DNA of 64,000 nucleotides from Lacunisphaera sp. (GCA_035549955.1 DASZPS010000071.1:2840-66839), one strand, 5' to 3'; positions 1 to 8,190 are shown, counted from the stretch's first letter. The notes: generated from the letters alone by a model not told the origin. Translations and numbers: made by a program.

Positions 1-1
1 G

Positions 2-460
2 TTTGGCGGGATTTTCCTGTACTGCGAAGCCCAGGGTGAGTCACGTGCCGCGGGCGCGGAGGTCGCGGGCAGCGCGGCCTGCGGCTGCATGCCTGCGGTC
101 TTGGCCACGCTCGCCGGCTGGACGGCTCCCGCCGCACTGGCCCTCGCCAGTCTGGCGCTGGCCCGCAGCGTGCCCGCCGTGCTCACAGTGCGCAGCTTCT
201 TGCGCCTCCGTAAGGGCGGGGCGCCGCGCCGCGGGTGGGCGCTGTTCGCCGCCGGCCTGGCCGCCCTCGCGCTGGGCGCGCTCGCCCTCGCGGGCCGCGT
301 TCCCTGGCTGGCCGCGGGTTTAGGCGGCATGCTGCTGCTCCGTTCGCTCTGGCTCCTTGGCGCGCGGTGCCCGGCCTGGCCGGCCCGCGTCGTGGGGATG
401 TTCGAAGCCGCCGCAGGCCTGCTCTACGTCGGCGCCCTCGTCGCCGCTTATCATGCCTGA
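2..460 (+). CDS. Integral membrane protein, 3' part (gene begins upstream of the window)
   Basis: This frame is open from the window edge to TGA at 458-460. It shows strong G/C third-position bias. It contains Leu/Ala/Gly-rich hydrophobic segments (WALFAAGLAALALGALALAG, AAAGLLYVGALVAAY). No family can be assigned by eye. Confidence 0.5.
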   Translation, partial: FGGIFLYCEAQGESRAAGAEVAGSAACGCMPAVLATLAGWTAPAALALASLALARSVPAVLTVRSFLRLRKGGAPRRGWALFAAGLAALALGALALAGRVPWLAAGLGGMLLLRSLWLLGARCPAWPARVVGMFEAAAGLLYVGALVAAYHA

Positions 461-476
461 CCCATTCCATGTCCTA

Positions 477-501
477 ATGGCGCTTCGCAAGAAATGCGCA
501 G
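477..501. promoter_or_regulatory. 25-nt motif ATGGC-N6-CAAGAAATGCGCAG shared with the ccoS/cbb3 upstream region
   Basis: It matches 18734-18758 at 18 of 25 positions with no gap. It lies 65 nt upstream of the nirK ATG. Confidence 0.35.
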
Positions 502-565
502 CCTCCGCCAACCCCGGCGAGGTCTGCCCGCCCCCTTTTCCGATAACCTTTAACCAGAATCCTAC

Positions 566-2092
566 ATGAATATTCCACGCATTCTCACTGCTTTCGCGGT
601 GGCCGGACTCGCCTTGGCTGCCGCTTTGTTCACCGCCGTCGTCGCGAACGCTTCCGAGGGCCCGACCGATGCCAAGGGCCCGGTCATCCTCCCGGCCGAG
701 GTCCTGGCGCTGCCGGTTGAGCAGGCCATCCTCACCTCGCCGCCGAACGTTCCGCCGCCCATCGCCCGCAAGCACAGCGCGCGGGTCGTCGTGAACGTCG
801 AGGTGCGCGAGGTCGTCAAGAAGATCGCCGACGGCGCCGAGTACACCTTCTGGACGTACGGCGGCAGCGTCCCCGGCACGTTCATCCGCATCCGCGAGGG
901 CGACGTGGTGGAGTTCCACCTGAACAACCACCCCTCGTCCAAGCTTCCGCACAACATCGACCTGCACGCCGTCACCGGTCCCGGCGGTGGGGCGGCCAGC
1001 ACGTTCACCGCGCCCGGGCACAGCTCGCAGTTCACCTTCAAGGCGCTGAATCCCGGCCTGTTCGTCTATCACTGCGCCACCGCGCCCGTGCCCATGCACA
1101 TCGGCAACGGCATGTACGGCCTGATCCTGGTCGAGCCGAAGGACGGCCTGCCGCCGGTCGACAAGGAATTCTATGTCATGCAGGGCGAGTTCTACACGCA
1201 GGGCGGCTACGGGGCTCCCGGTTTGCAGTCCTTCGACATGGCGAAAAACATCGATGAGCGACCGACCTATGTGCTCTTCAACGGCGCGGTCGGGGCGCTG
1301 GTCGGCGATCGGGCGCTCCCCGTCAACGTGGGCGACCGCGTGCGCCTCTACTTCGGTGTCGGCGGGCCCAATCTCACGTCGTCCTTTCACGTCATCGGCG
1401 AGATCTTCGACAAGGTCTGGCCCGAGGGCGGCATGAAATTCGTGCAGGAAAACGTGCAGACCACCATGGTCCCGTCCGGGGGCTCGGCCATCGTCGAGTT
1501 CAAGATGGACGTGCCCGGCACCTACGTGCTGGTCGACCACTCGCTCAGCCGGGCGTTCAACAAGGGCGCGCTGGCCATGCTCAAGGCCACCGGTCCCGAG
1601 GACCGCGTGATCTATTCGGGCAAGGAAATCGACGCCGTGTATTTCGGCGCCGCGGCCGACGAGGGTTCCGCCTCGGCCAAGCGCGAGGCCGAGCTGAAGG
1701 CCAGGATCGAAGCCGAGATCAAGTCCAACCCCGCCATCGCCGGCCTCACCAAGGAGGTCCAGATGGAGCGCGGCAAGCAGGTCTTCATGGGCCTCTGCTT
1801 TGCCTGCCACCTGCCGGACGGCAAGGGCATGCCCAATGTTTTCCCGCCGCTCGCGGGTTCTGACTTCCTCATGGCCGACCGCGACCGCGCGATCCGCATC
1901 GTGCTCAAGGGTCTCATCGGGCCGGTCACCGTCAACGGCGCCACCTTCAACAGCGCCATGCCGCCGCAGGAGGCCGCCCTCTCCGAACAGCAGGTCGCCG
2001 ACGTGCTCACTTTCGTCACCAACAGCTGGGGCAACTCCGGCCCGGCCACCACGGTGGATGACGTCCGCCGCGTGAAGAACGAGACCCACTGA
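566..2092 (+). CDS. nirK: Copper-containing nitrite reductase NirK with fused C-terminal mono-haem cytochrome c domain
   Basis: 508 aa with an N-terminal signal peptide. Cupredoxin Cu-ligand regions are present ([14 protein letters not shown]; [20 protein letters not shown]). The C-terminal ~110 aa carry one CxxCH (CFACH) in a cytochrome c-like context (PPLAGSDFL...VTVNG). Confidence 0.93.
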   Translation: MNIPRILTAFAVAGLALAAALFTAVVANASEGPTDAKGPVILPAEVLALPVEQAILTSPPNVPPPIARKHSARVVVNVEVREVVKKIADGAEYTFWTYGGSVPGTFIRIREGDVVEFHLNNHPSSKLPHNIDLHAVTGPGGGAASTFTAPGHSSQFTFKALNPGLFVYHCATAPVPMHIGNGMYGLILVEPKDGLPPVDKEFYVMQGEFYTQGGYGAPGLQSFDMAKNIDERPTYVLFNGAVGALVGDRALPVNVGDRVRLYFGVGGPNLTSSFHVIGEIFDKVWPEGGMKFVQENVQTTMVPSGGSAIVEFKMDVPGTYVLVDHSLSRAFNKGALAMLKATGPEDRVIYSGKEIDAVYFGAAADEGSASAKREAELKARIEAEIKSNPAIAGLTKEVQMERGKQVFMGLCFACHLPDGKGMPNVFPPLAGSDFLMADRDRAIRIVLKGLIGPVTVNGATFNSAMPPQEAALSEQQVADVLTFVTNSWGNSGPATTVDDVRRVKNETH

Positions 2093-2124
2093 GCGAATTC
2101 GATCTCCTCTGGAACCACGCCTTC

Positions 2125-3048
2125 ATGGCCGCCTCGATGAAATCCTCCGCCTTCCGCCCCTCGCGCGGGAAAGCCATTTGTAACCTATTAAGTTACAAAT
2201 TGGCCTGGGTCGCCGCGGGCTTGTGGGTGGGGATGGCGCTGGGCGCCGCCGAACGCGTTGATCGCACGGCGGGCGGGACCCCGGCGGTGGCGGAGGGAAC
2301 GCGCGCCGCGGCAGGGATGGCCGTGATTCCGGCGGGGATCTATGTGCCGCTGCAGCGCTCCCCACGGGATGCCGACCAGGTGCCCGTGGCGGCGTTCCGC
2401 CTCGACGAGGCGCCCGTCACCAACGCGGCCTACCTCGCCTTCGTGACGGCCAATCCGCAATGGCGACGCTCGGCCGTGAGCCGGCTGTTCGCCGACGCCT
2501 CCTACCTCGAGCATTGGCAGGGCGACCTGGAGCCGGGCCCGCGCGCCCCGGCCGATGCGCCCGTTGTGCGCGTGTCGTGGTTTGCCGCCCGTGCCTACGC
2601 GCGCTGGGTCGGCAAGCGCCTGCCGTCCACTGCCGAATGGGAACTCGCGGCCACCGCGGGCTACACCACGCCGCTCGGCAAGGACGAGCCCGAGTTCAAC
2701 CGCGACCTCTACGCATGGCTCGCCCGGCCTGTCCCCGAAGTGCTGCCCGCGGTCGCGTCCGCCAGGACGAACTTGCACGGGGTGCGCGGCCTGCACGGCC
2801 TGGTGTGGGAATGGGTCGACGATTTCAACACGGCCATGGTCACCGGCGAATCGCGCGCCGACAGCGGCCTCGAACGCGACCTCTTCTGCGGCGCGGGCGC
2901 GGCCGGCGCGAAGGAGACCACCGACTACGCCGCCTTCATGCGCTTTGCCCTGCGTTCGTCCCTCGCCGCCCGCAACACGACCACGTCCCTCGGGTTCCGG
3001 TGCGCCGCCGATCTTCCCGCCACCGTCATCTCTTCCTCACTGCCATGA
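2125..3048 (+). CDS. nirV: NirV-like formylglycine-generating-enzyme (SUMF1/FGE) family protein
   Basis: FGE-sulfatase-type motifs are present (VSWFAARAYARWVGKRLPSTAEWELAA; GLHGLVWEWVDD; LGFRCA). It lies directly downstream of nirK, as nirV does in denitrifiers. The start is uncertain (ATG at 2125 or 2137); the hydrophobic N-terminus KLAWVAAGLWVGMALGAA follows the palindrome at 2176-2200. Confidence 0.8.
   Translation: MAASMKSSAFRPSRGKAICNLLSYKLAWVAAGLWVGMALGAAERVDRTAGGTPAVAEGTRAAAGMAVIPAGIYVPLQRSPRDADQVPVAAFRLDEAPVTNAAYLAFVTANPQWRRSAVSRLFADASYLEHWQGDLEPGPRAPADAPVVRVSWFAARAYARWVGKRLPSTAEWELAATAGYTTPLGKDEPEFNRDLYAWLARPVPEVLPAVASARTNLHGVRGLHGLVWEWVDDFNTAMVTGESRADSGLERDLFCGAGAAGAKETTDYAAFMRFALRSSLAARNTTTSLGFRCAADLPATVISSSLP
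2176..2200. promoter_or_regulatory. AT-rich palindrome ATTTGTAAC-N7-GTTACAAAT (site 1 of 3)
   Basis: It has perfect 9-bp arms and sits in the N-terminal coding region (or 5' region) of nirV. The TGT of the left arm is a codon in the annotated frame. Confidence 0.45.
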
Positions 3049-3767
3049 AAACCACGCTTGTCCCCCCTCCGTCCTCCCAAATCGTCCCGCCCGCCCGATT
3101 CCTTTGTCATATATTATGTGACAAGAGTCGCGGCGGATTGCTGGCGCTGGCGCTGCTCGGGGCCGGCGCGGTGCGCGCCGGCGAGGCCCCCGCCTCCTGC
3201 TGCGCGTCCGAGCCCGTGAAAAAGGCCTCCTGCTGCGCGCCCGTCGAGGGCGAAAACCAAAAAACAGCAGCCGAAGCGTTCTCCAACCGCTCGCTCTACC
3301 AGGCTGACGCCGTGTTCACGACCGACGCCGGGGAGGAATTCCACCTGGGCCAGCTGCGCGGTCGGCCGGTCGTGCTGACAATGTTCTTCGCGTCCTGCGG
3401 CTATGCGTGCCCCTTGCTCGCGGCCGACATGGCCGCCATCCGCGCGCAGCTGCCGGCCGAGGTCCGCGCCCGCGCCGCGTTCGTCCTCGTGAGTTTCGAC
3501 TCGGTGCGCGACACGCCGGCCGCCCTGAAGAAGTACCGCGACGAGCGCGGCCTCGATGCCCAATGGACCCTGCTGCATGGTTCCGACGACGCGGTGCGCG
3601 AATTGGCGGCGTTGCTGGGGGTCAAGTTCCGGCGCGAGGCCGACGGCAATTTCGCCCATTCCAACCTCATCACGCTGCTTAACACCGAAGGTGAGATCAT
3701 CCACCAGCGCACCGGGCTCAAGGGCGGCCTCGCGGAGGCGGCGCAGGCGCTCGCGGCCCTGCCCTGA
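3045..3767 (+). CDS. SCO1/SenC family copper chaperone (thioredoxin fold)
   Basis: It has the CxxxC motif in a SCO context (VLTMFFASCGYACP), and a downstream His (NFAHSN) may correspond to the conserved SCO1 His. The ATG overlaps the nirV stop (ATGA at 3045-3048). The N-terminal region has two extra SCCA motifs (APASCCASEPVKKASCCAP). Confidence 0.85.
   Translation: MKTTLVPPPSSQIVPPARFLCHILCDKSRGGLLALALLGAGAVRAGEAPASCCASEPVKKASCCAPVEGENQKTAAEAFSNRSLYQADAVFTTDAGEEFHLGQLRGRPVVLTMFFASCGYACPLLAADMAAIRAQLPAEVRARAAFVLVSFDSVRDTPAALKKYRDERGLDAQWTLLHGSDDAVRELAALLGVKFRREADGNFAHSNLITLLNTEGEIIHQRTGLKGGLAEAAQALAALP
3104..3124. promoter_or_regulatory. AT-rich palindrome TTGTCAT-N7-GTGACAA (site 2 of 3)
   Basis: It lies inside the SCO1 N-terminal coding region (FLCHILCDKS) and uses the rare codons ATA and TTA. 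Its codon phase is the same as at sites 1 and 3. Confidence 0.45.
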
Positions 3768-3780
3768 GGAAAATCCAGCC

Positions 3781-4227
3781 ATGCGTGGATCCTTTCTGGC
3801 GGTCCTGAATCAACAACGTCCGGGGATCCGCGTCCGCTGGGAAGCGTTGCTGCGCCTCGAGAAACCGCCGTCGGCCTTGGCTGCTCCCGATATCCTTGTC
3901 CATCTGTTCGACAAGACGCTCGATGAGGTGCTCGCCGACGAACGCCCGTTCCGCAAACCGGCGGAGCCGACCGAAGCGCGGCCGGGCGGGTGCGAATGCA
4001 ATCCGCTGCGACCCTATTTCGCCACGCTCGAGCAGGCCCTGCTGGAGGCGCTGATTTGGGCGCAGGCCGCCGATCCGGCGCTGAAGCCGGACGAGCGCGT
4101 CGCGCAGGTCGGTGAACTTTGCGGACGGATGCGGCATGTCGCGCACCGCGAGGTGATGCTGCTGGAGGGATTATGCCAGTGCGTTGGCGCCCCAGCCGGC
4201 CGGCCCGTCCGCGCCGGCGGCCGATAG
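3781..4227 (+). CDS. Small Cys-pair protein, paralog 1 of a three-member family in this window (uncharacterised)
   Basis: 148 aa. It aligns by eye with 16477-16944(-) and 18083-18535(-). Shared blocks are W..LLR.E...L..PD.LV.L.D.TL, CxC..(N/D)P(L/M)..Y....E.AL, and E...LCx(1-2)C. It starts 14 nt after SCO1 on the same strand. Confidence 0.6.
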   Translation: MRGSFLAVLNQQRPGIRVRWEALLRLEKPPSALAAPDILVHLFDKTLDEVLADERPFRKPAEPTEARPGGCECNPLRPYFATLEQALLEALIWAQAADPALKPDERVAQVGELCGRMRHVAHREVMLLEGLCQCVGAPAGRPVRAGGR

Positions 4228-4399
4228 CAAGGTGCGGGAATTCCCCTCATCATGCGTGGCGCCCCGTGCCGGGGTTCGTGCGAGTCGGAAGCCCGTTGGT
4301 TATGGCCGTGCTTCGCGCAGGCAGGCACGCCGGTCCGGGGCCGGCTGCTACTCGGTCCCGCCCGGCCATGGGGCCATGGCACCCCTGTCCGGCGCGCGC

Positions 4400-4413
4400 T
4401 TGACCTGGGTCAA
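4400..4413. promoter_or_regulatory. FNR/Dnr-type box TTGAC-CTGG-GTCAA
   Basis: Perfect 5-4-5 palindrome matching the TTGAT-N4-ATCAA class. It lies 47 nt upstream of the DUF2249 ATG (4460). A TAAGCT -10-like hexamer at 4435-4440 puts the box centre near -41.5. Confidence 0.6.
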
Positions 4414-4459
4414 GGCGCGGGTGTCCCTCCCGGGGTAAGCTGATCACGCTCCTTCATCC

Positions 4460-4693
4460 ATGAAACCCACGAATTTCAAGACCTACGACGTCCGGCCCAT
4501 GCTTGCACGCGGAGAGGAGCCGTTCGCGGCCATTCGCGCGCGGGTGGATGCGCTGGCGCCCGGGCAGGGCGTGACCATCCTGGCGCCGTTCATGCCCGCG
4601 CCCCTGATCGAGTTGCTCAAGAGCGAGGGCTTCGCCTCGTCGATGGAACGGCGGGGCGACGGCGCCTGGGCGGTCAGTTTCTGGCGCGATTGA
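4460..4693 (+). CDS. DUF2249 domain protein
   Basis: 77 aa. The pattern D.R....EP...I......L..G....L..PF.P.PL...L...G is typical of DUF2249. It sits in an NO/hemerythrin-type gene context. Confidence 0.7.
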   Translation: MKPTNFKTYDVRPMLARGEEPFAAIRARVDALAPGQGVTILAPFMPAPLIELLKSEGFASSMERRGDGAWAVSFWRD

Positions 4694-4769
4694 CCGGTTT
4701 GTCCGCCCAACGTCGGACAACCCATGCGGAGAACTACCGGCACCTTGTTGTTACTCTTTTCCAAACTCC

Positions 4770-5132
4770 ATGCCCGCCGCCCTCCTTTCAGCCGACCAGG
4801 CTGGCGTCTGCTCCCTGCAGATGCCGACCTCGCCCGTCGCCCATGGCATCATCAGCCAGGCGGTGGTCACCGCGCCCGGCTTGCGCGTAACCCTGTTTCG
4901 CTTTGCCGCGGGCCAGGAACTTTCCGAACACACCACGCCCGCGCGCGCCCTCGTGCAGGTCCTGGCCGGGACATGTGAATTCACCCTGCCTGGCCGTGGC
5001 CAGCGCCTGGTCGCCGGTGACCTCCTGCACCTGCCGCCGGGCCTGCCGCACGCCGTGCGGGCGCTCGAAGACTTGACCCTTCTCATTACCCAAGCCACGC
5101 CGCCGCCCGCGGCCGACTCGACCCGCCCATGA
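4770..5132 (+). CDS. Cupin domain protein
   Basis: 120 aa with cupin-type motifs (GQELSEHTTPARALVQVLAGTCEF...GDLLHLPPGLPHAVRA). Its stop overlaps the next gene start (ATGA at 5129-5132). Confidence 0.7.
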   Translation: MPAALLSADQAGVCSLQMPTSPVAHGIISQAVVTAPGLRVTLFRFAAGQELSEHTTPARALVQVLAGTCEFTLPGRGQRLVAGDLLHLPPGLPHAVRALEDLTLLITQATPPPAADSTRP

Positions 5133-6565
5133 GTGCCCCGCATCCGACTCCCGCCTGGCCGCGCATCATCCAAGGGGGCATGGGCGTCGCCGTCTCGCAC
5201 TGGCGCCTGGCCCGGGCCGTGGCCCTTCGCGGCCAGCTCGGCGTGGTTTCCGGCACCGCCCTTAACCTGGTGCTGGCGCGCCGGCTGCAGGACGGTGATC
5301 CCGATGGCAGTGTTCGGCGGGCGCTGGAGCATTGTCCGCTGCAGGCCGCCGCCACGCGGGTCCGCGAACGCTACTTTCAACCCCTCGGGCGCGCGCCGGG
5401 GCAGCCCTACCGGTTGTCGCCGATGTTCACGCTGCCGCTGACGGCGGAGCTGTGCGAGCTGACCGCCGTGGCGGCGTTCGTCGAAGTTTTCCTCGCCAAG
5501 GAGGGGCACGAGGGGCCGGTCGGCATCAACTTGCTCGAGAAGATCCAGCTGCCGACGCTGCCCACGTTGTTCGGGGCGATGCTGGCGAGAGTGGACTATG
5601 TGCTGATGGGCGCGGGCATCCCGCGCGCCATCCCCGGTGTGCTGGACCGGTTCGCGGCCTGGCAGCCGGCCTCGCTCCCGATCGAAGTGGCGGGCAAATC
5701 CGCAGGCAGCGATCCGCAGGCGACCCTCGACCCGGCGGCTTTCCTGGCCGCCCCGCCCGCGACGCTCAAGCGGCCGTGGTTCCTGGCCATCATTTCCTCC
5801 TCCGTGCTCGCGTTGACCCTCGCGCGCAAGGCCAGTGGCCGCGTCGATGGCTTCGTCGTCGAGGACCCGTCCGCCGGCGGCCACAACGCGCCGCCGCGCG
5901 GCGAGCCGCAGCTCAACGCCCGCGGCGAACCGGTCTACGGTCCGCGGGACCAGGTCGACCTCGCCGTCATCCGGTCGCTGGGCCGGCCGTTCTGGCTGGC
6001 GGGCACGCGGGCCCACCCGTCGGCCTTGCGCGAGGCGGTCGCCGCGGGTGCGGCCGGAGTCCAGATCGGCACGGCATTCGCGTTTTGCGAGGAATCGGGA
6101 TTCGCCGCGACGGTGCGCGAGGCGGTGCTGCGCGAGAGCCTCAGCGGCCGCGGCGACGTGCGGACCGATCCGCGTGCGTCGCCGACCGGAATGCCCTTCA
6201 AGGTGGTCAGCGTGGCGCGCTCGCTTTCCGATCACGCGGTTCATGCGGGGCGCGTCCGCGTGTGCGACCTGGGATACCTGCGGCAGCCTTACCAAAGACC
6301 GGACGGGACAATTGGCTACCGCTGCCCGGCTGAGCCGGTGGAGGATTACGTGCGAAAAGGCGGCCAGGCGGAGGACGCCGTGGGGCGCCGCTGCCTGTGC
6401 AACGGGTTGATGGCCGCCGCCGGCCTGGGCCAGGTGCTGGCAGATGGCCGGGGGGAGCCGCCGCTCGTGACCGCCGGCGACTCGGTGCGGGATTTGCGCG
6501 GCCTTTGTCCACCGGGGTGCACGAGTTACACCGTGGACGACGTGCTGGCGTTCATGGGTACCTGA
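5129..6565 (+). CDS. Nitronate monooxygenase / 2-nitropropane dioxygenase-like FMN oxidoreductase
   Basis: 478 aa. The N-terminal IIQGGMGVAVSHWRLARAVALRGQLGVVSGTA matches the NMO family signature. The remainder looks like a TIM barrel (GAAGVQIGTAF). Confidence 0.75.
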   Translation: MSAPHPTPAWPRIIQGGMGVAVSHWRLARAVALRGQLGVVSGTALNLVLARRLQDGDPDGSVRRALEHCPLQAAATRVRERYFQPLGRAPGQPYRLSPMFTLPLTAELCELTAVAAFVEVFLAKEGHEGPVGINLLEKIQLPTLPTLFGAMLARVDYVLMGAGIPRAIPGVLDRFAAWQPASLPIEVAGKSAGSDPQATLDPAAFLAAPPATLKRPWFLAIISSSVLALTLARKASGRVDGFVVEDPSAGGHNAPPRGEPQLNARGEPVYGPRDQVDLAVIRSLGRPFWLAGTRAHPSALREAVAAGAAGVQIGTAFAFCEESGFAATVREAVLRESLSGRGDVRTDPRASPTGMPFKVVSVARSLSDHAVHAGRVRVCDLGYLRQPYQRPDGTIGYRCPAEPVEDYVRKGGQAEDAVGRRCLCNGLMAAAGLGQVLADGRGEPPLVTAGDSVRDLRGLCPPGCTSYTVDDVLAFMGT

Positions 6566-6620
6566 GGCCGGCGATTTTTGGCGCGACAACGCCCGCGGGG
6601 TCGCGCTTCATTTTCCCGTC

Positions 6621-7340
6621 ATGCCGACCTCCCCGCGGCCCGCCGAACTCAAGCTCACCGGACTCGCCAGCTCGCTGCGCTGCTGCCAGTTGTTCACCGG
6701 CCTGTCGACCGAGGACCTGGCGGCCATTGCCGGATTCACGCAGGTGGCGCGGCTGGCGAAGGGCGATTATCTTTTCCACGAAGGTGCGCCCTCGCTCGGC
6801 TTCTACGTCGTCCAGACGGGGGCGGTTAACGTCCACCGGGTGAGCGCCGCGGGCAAGGAGCAGGTGATCCATGTGTTCCGGGCGGGTGAGTCATTCGCCG
6901 AGGCCGCGCTGGCCTCGCCGACGGGCTATCCGGCCAACGCCCGGGCGGTGGAACCGTCCACGATCCTGCTCATCCCGAAGGCGCCGGTGCTGGAACTCAT
7001 TGGCCGGCGGCCGGACCTCGCGCTGCGCATGCTCGGTTCCATGAGCGCGCATCTCCGGGTGCTCGTCGGGGCGCTCGATGACCTCACCCTCAAGGACGTG
7101 GAGACCCGGCTGCTCAACTGGCTGGTGAAGCACGGGCGCCATGCCCGCGGCGGGGACATCCAGTTGCCGGGCACGAAGCGGGTCCTGGCGGCGGAACTCG
7201 GCACGAGCAGCGAGACGCTGTCGCGCACGCTCGCGCGCCTGCGCGATGCGCGGCTCATCACCGTGGCGGCGCGGAGCATCAAGGTCCATGACCAGCCGGC
7301 GATCGAAGGGATGTTGCGCCGGAACCTGGGCGAGGCGTGA
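6621..7340 (+). CDS. Crp/Fnr family transcriptional regulator, Dnr/NnrR-like (no FNR Cys cluster)
   Basis: 239 aa. It has a cNMP-binding-like beta-roll (GDYLFHEGAPSLGFYVVQTGAVNV) and a C-terminal HTH with the FNR-type recognition helix ETLSRTLARL. The FNR N-terminal Cx2Cx5C cluster is absent. Confidence 0.85.
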   Translation: MPTSPRPAELKLTGLASSLRCCQLFTGLSTEDLAAIAGFTQVARLAKGDYLFHEGAPSLGFYVVQTGAVNVHRVSAAGKEQVIHVFRAGESFAEAALASPTGYPANARAVEPSTILLIPKAPVLELIGRRPDLALRMLGSMSAHLRVLVGALDDLTLKDVETRLLNWLVKHGRHARGGDIQLPGTKRVLAAELGTSSETLSRTLARLRDARLITVAARSIKVHDQPAIEGMLRRNLGEA

Positions 7341-7414
7341 GGGGGCAGACCTAATTCGGGCGCTTGGCCCGACCGGCCTCAAATCGGACCACGTTTTTCC
7401 GTTTTTCGCCGGAC

Positions 7415-7428
7415 TTGATCCAGCTCAA
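7415..7428. promoter_or_regulatory. FNR/Dnr-type box TTGAT-CCAG-CTCAA
   Basis: 9 of 10 half-site positions match TTGAT-N4-ATCAA. The box centre is ~40 nt upstream of the RIC ATG (7462). TAGAGT at 7451-7456 is a possible -10, which would imply a very short or absent leader. Confidence 0.55.
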
Positions 7429-7461
7429 GGCGGCGGGACGCCGAAGCGGGTAGAGTGGGGC

Positions 7462-8190
7462 ATGGACACCTTGATCCCGCTTGAAATCACGCCAGAAACC
7501 CGCGTGGGCGACATTGTTGCCGCCTGTCCCGGACTGGCGCGCCTGTTTGAAGAACTGCGCATCGACTATTGTTGTGGCGGCAAGCAGACCTTGGCCGCGG
7601 CATGCGCCAGCCGCGGGCTCGCCCCGGCCACTGTCGTGGCCCAGCTGGAGGCGACGGCCGCCGCGCTGCAGGCCGGCCCGGCGGAGGTGGACCCGGCGCG
7701 GATGTCGCTCACCGAACTCGCCGACCACATCGAAAGCACGCACCACGCGTATTTGAAGGATGAGCTTCCGCGCCTGGTGGAAATGGCCGGGCGCGTCGCC
7801 GCCAAGCACGGGCATCGCGACGGCCGCCTGCTCGAAGTGGATGTCACGGTACGCGCGCTCGCCGAGGAGATGCTCTGCCACATGAACAAGGAGGAACTCA
7901 TACTCTTTCCGTTGGTGCGACAGATCGATGCCGGCCACCTCGGCGGACTGGCGGGCTCCATTGCCGATCCGATCCACCAAATGGAGGCCGAGCACGACGA
8001 CGCCGGGCGCGCCATCGAGCGGTTGCGGCAGCTGACGGGCGGATTCGTCCCGGCGTCGGACGACTGCAACACGCACCGCGCGCTGCTTGACGGCCTGGCC
8101 CGGTTCGAGGCGGACCTCCACCGCCACGTGCACAAGGAAAACAACGTCCTGTTTCCCCGCGCGCTGACGCTGGTGCTGGACGGGCGTTGA
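7462..8190 (+). CDS. ytfE: Iron-sulfur cluster repair di-iron protein (RIC; YtfE/ScdA/DnrN family)
   Basis: It has the N-terminal ScdA_N motif (FEELRIDYCCGG). Hemerythrin-like His/Glu motifs are present (HHAYLKDELP, EELILFP, HQMEAEHDD, HVHKENNVLFP). Confidence 0.9.
   Translation: MDTLIPLEITPETRVGDIVAACPGLARLFEELRIDYCCGGKQTLAAACASRGLAPATVVAQLEATAAALQAGPAEVDPARMSLTELADHIESTHHAYLKDELPRLVEMAGRVAAKHGHRDGRLLEVDVTVRALAEEMLCHMNKEELILFPLVRQIDAGHLGGLAGSIADPIHQMEAEHDDAGRAIERLRQLTGGFVPASDDCNTHRALLDGLARFEADLHRHVHKENNVLFPRALTLVLDGR

Noticed and set aside
320-2089. 589-aa ORF on the minus strand, antisense to nirK
   Set aside because: It lies opposite a gene with unambiguous NirK and cytochrome c motifs. 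The translation is Arg/Gly/Ala/Asp/His-rich low-complexity sequence with no motif. Long shadow ORFs of this kind are typical of a stop-poor high-GC genome.
4233-4242. GGGAATTCCC palindrome (also GGGAATTCC at ~10307 and GGGAA-N7-TTCCC at ~8293-8309) as a shared operator
   Set aside because: There are only two or three short, non-identical occurrences centred on an EcoRI-type hexamer. That is compatible with chance in 64 kb, and the distances to starts are inconsistent.
4697-4721. Imperfect hairpin GTTTGTCCG-N8-CGGACAAC after the DUF2249 stop, as a terminator or attenuator
   Set aside because: The stem is short and bulged with no U-tract. The next gene follows in the same orientation at 76 nt and is probably co-transcribed. 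The evidence is insufficient.
4751-6589. 612-aa minus-strand ORF antisense to the cupin and nitronate monooxygenase genes
   Set aside because: The reasoning is the same as for the nirK antisense ORF. The plus-strand frames carry recognisable domain signatures and the correct third-position GC bias, while the antisense product is compositionally aberrant.
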